Part shown: positions 61,395 through 64,000 of the stretch, piece after piece
Layout of the letters: each line of letters begins with the position of its first letter
How positions within the stretch are numbered: position 1 is the stretch's first letter
Assembly (NCBI GenBank): GCA_965649825.1
Contig: OZ287717.1
Location: 11,001 to 75,000 of the forward strand
DNA length: 64,000 nucleotides
Reading direction: 5' to 3'
Source: Penicillus capitatus
Lineage: Eukaryota; Plantae; Chlorophyta
Notes under the pieces: generated by a model
Databases searched by the model: none
What the model saw: the letters and a program-made list of their open reading frames with translations, nothing else
Told to the model about the DNA's origin: nothing
Made by a program: the position numbers and the translations under genes

Positions 61395-64000
61395 GCGGTT
61401 ACGTCGCATCAGGTGTAACCTGGCCTGTCAGTACGATCTGGAAGTGCACGATGACGCCGGCGACACGGTCGAGCGAGGGTGGGAATTTGTCGGCGGGGTC
61501 GAGTGGATGCCGACGGACCCTTGGTTGGAGCCCGACGGCGGCGTTCTCGGGCTGTGGCGCGACCTTTCCGGATTCGACATTTCGGCACACTGCGGCCGAC
61601 GGAGGGCCCACCGTCGGCCGTCTTCGACGCAGACGGGTGCGGGACGCCTCGGGACACGTCGCGGATGCCGATCGGTGGAGGCTCGTTTTGCTTTGGGCGG
61701 TGTCGTACGGAGTTGAAATCGTGGCCGTTACGTCGCATCAGGTGTAACCTGGCCTGTCAGTACGATCTGGAAGTGCACGATGCCGCCGGCGACACGGTCC
61801 AGCGAGGGCGGGAATGGGTCGGCGGGGTCGAGTGGATGCCGACGGACCCTTGGTTGGAGCCCGACGGCGGCGTTCTCGGGCTGTGGCGCGGCCTTTCCGG
61901 ATTCGACATTTCGGCACACTACGGCCGACGGAGGGCCCACCGTCGGCAGACTACAACGCAGACGGGTGCGGGACGCCTCGGGACACACCGCGGATGCCGA
62001 TCACCGGAGGTTCGTTTTGCTTTGGGCGGTGTCGTACGGAGTTGAAATCGAGGCCGTTACGTCGCATCAGGTGTAACCTGGCCTGTCAGTACGATCTGGA
62101 AGTGCACGATGACGCCGGCAACACGGTCCAGCGAGGGTGGGAATGTGTCGGCGGGGTCGAGTGGATGCCGACGGACCCTTGGTTGGAGCCCGACGGCGGC
62201 GTTCTCGGGCTGTGGCGCGGCCTTTCCGGATTCGACATTTCGGCAGATTGCGGCCCACGGAGGGCCCACCGTCGGCAATCTTCGACGCAGACGGGTGCGG
62301 GACGCCTCGGGACACACCGCGGATGCCGATCGGTGCAAGCTCGTTTGGCTTTGGGCGGTGTCGTACTTGGTTGAAATCGAGGCGGTTACGTCGCATCAGG
62401 TGTAACCTGGCCTGTCAGTACGATCTGGAAGTGCACGATGACGCCGGCGACACGGTCCAGCGAGGGTGGGAATGTGTCGGCGGGGTCGAGTGGATGCCGA
62501 CGGACCCTTGGTTGGAGCCCGACGGCGGCGTTCTCGGGCTGTGGCGCGGCCTTTCCGGATTCGACATTTCGGCACACTGCGGCCGACGGAGGGCCCACCG
62601 TCGGCAATCTTCGACGCAGACGGGTGCGGGACGCCTCGGGACACACCGCGGATGCCGATCACCGGAGGTTCGTTTGGCTCTGGGCGGTGTCGTACGGAGT
62701 TGAAATCGTGGCGGTTACGTCGCATCAGGTGTAACCTGGCCTGTCAGTACGATCTGGAAGTGCACGATGACGCCGGCAACACGGTCCAGCGAGGGTGGGA
62801 ATGTGTCGGCGGGGTCGAGTGGATGCCGACGGACCCTTGGTTGGAGCCCGACGGCGGCGTTCTCGGGCTGTGGCGCGGCCTTTCCGGATTCGACATTTCG
62901 GCACACTGCGGCCGACGGAGGGCCCACCGTCGGCAGACTACAACGCAGACGGGTGCGGGACGCCTCGGGACACACCGCGGATGCCGATCGGTGCAAGCTC
63001 GTTTGGCTTTGGGCGGTGTCGTACTTGGTTGAAATCGAGGCGGTTACGTCGCATCAGGTGTAACCTGGCCTGTCAGTACGATCTGGAAGTGCACGATGAC
63101 GCCGGCGACACGGTCGAGCGAGGGTGGGAATGTGTCGGCGGGGTCGAGTGGATGCGGACGGACCCTTGGTTGGAGCCCGACGGAGGCGTGCTCGGGCTGT
63201 GGCGCGGCCTTTCCGGATTCGACATTTCGGCACACTGCGGCCGACGGAGGGCCCACCGTCGGCAGACTACAACGCAGACGGGTGCGGGACGCCTCGGGAC
63301 ACACCGCGGATGCCGATCACCGGAGGTTCGTTTTGCTTTGGGCGGTGTCGTACGGAGTTGAAATCGAGGCCGTTACGTCGCATCAGGTGTAACCTGGCCT
63401 GTCAGTACGATCTGGAAGTGCACGATGACGCCGGCGACACGGTCCAGCGAGGGTGGGAATGTGTCGGCGGGGTCGAGTGGATGCCGACGGACCCTTGGTT
63501 GGAGCCCGACGGCGGCGTTCTCGGGCTGTGGCGCGGCCTTTCCGGATTCGACATTTCGGCACACTGCGGCCGACGGAGGGCCCACCGTCGGCAGACTACA
63601 ACGCAGACGGGTGCGGGACGCCTCGGGACACACCGCGGATGCCGATCACCGGAGGTTCGTTTGGCTCTGGGCGGTGTCGTACGGAGTTGAAATCGTGGCG
63701 GTTACGTCGCATCAGGTGTAACCTGGCCTGTCAGTACGATCTGGAAGTGCACGATGACGCCGGCAACACGGTCCAGCGAGGGTGGGAATGTGTCGGCGGG
63801 GTCGAGTGGATGCCGACGGACCCTTGGTTGGAGCCCGACGGCGGCGTTCTCGGGCTGTGGCGCGGCCTTTCCGGATTCGACATTTCGGCACACTGCGGCC
63901 GACGGAGGGCCCACCGTCGGCAGACTACAACGCAGACGGGTGCGGGACGCCTCGGGACACACCGCGGATGCCGATCGGTGCAAGCTCGTTTGGCTTTGGG
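61395..64000. repeat. 329-bp satellite, right block (~8 monomers, continues past the window)
   Basis: Same monomer and 329-bp spacing resume immediately after the TSD. Confidence 0.98.

Noticed and set aside
48316-62725. 109-aa Arg-rich minus-strand ORF tiling each monomer with a TGATG stop-start overlap, plus the 188-aa and 98-aa plus-strand ORFs
   Set aside because: Expected in GC-rich repeats. The common GCAGACTACAACG allele puts TAG in frame, so only 11 of ~35 monomers are open in the ORF track, and variants are mostly non-synonymous. Ribo-seq or peptide evidence would be needed to revive it.
47980-64000. CRISPR-like or RT-associated spacer array (repeats next to a reverse transcriptase)
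   Set aside because: No unique spacers: the whole 329 bp repeats and variation is limited to recurrent alleles. The RT is part of an LTR element with TSD, PBS and PPT in a eukaryotic genome.
47980-64000. Functional 5S or 45S rDNA array
   Set aside because: No full-length 120-nt 5S, no T-run terminator and no rRNA core motifs. Only a short partial resemblance, reported as a hypothesis.

Overview
Eukaryotic nuclear DNA from a compact, intron-rich chlorophyte green alga. Evidence: a nucleus-encoded petN with a transit peptide, plant-type synaptotagmin, KDM3 and U-box genes, ~40-60 nt GT-AG introns and the standard genetic code. The window has three zones. (1) 1-45.3 kb is a gene-dense arm with about 18 spliced genes: NACHT-WD40, synaptotagmin, acid phosphatase, PAN/Apple protein, TMEM18, SAP30BP-like, NOP58, kinesin, BTB-SPRY, PAM16, an Ig-like multi-TM protein, FRA10AC1, LSM12, petN, a KDM3-type JmjC protein, two paralogous Ala-rich secreted proteins and a U-box/ARM protein. 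It also holds an old, internally deleted Ty3/gypsy copy (16.1-18.7 kb) and a tRNA-like Pol III element. (2) 45.5-48 kb is a short decay zone: a hAT-like remnant, a Sec24 fragment and a small spliced TPP1/RPA70N-like OB-fold gene. (3) 47,980 to the window end is a GC/CpG-rich satellite of ~35 monomers, each exactly 329 bp. It is interrupted by a 4,535-bp Ty3/gypsy element of the same family as the old copy, with two identical 238-bp LTRs, a 4-bp TSD and a heavily broken gag-pol. The most interesting system is this candidate centromere/pericentromere: an indel-free, combinatorially shuffled satellite with dyad symmetry and a nascent 5-mer higher-order repeat, invaded by a young non-autonomous, chromodomain-less retrotransposon. 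Gene boundaries come from manual splicing and are approximate. No database searches were run.
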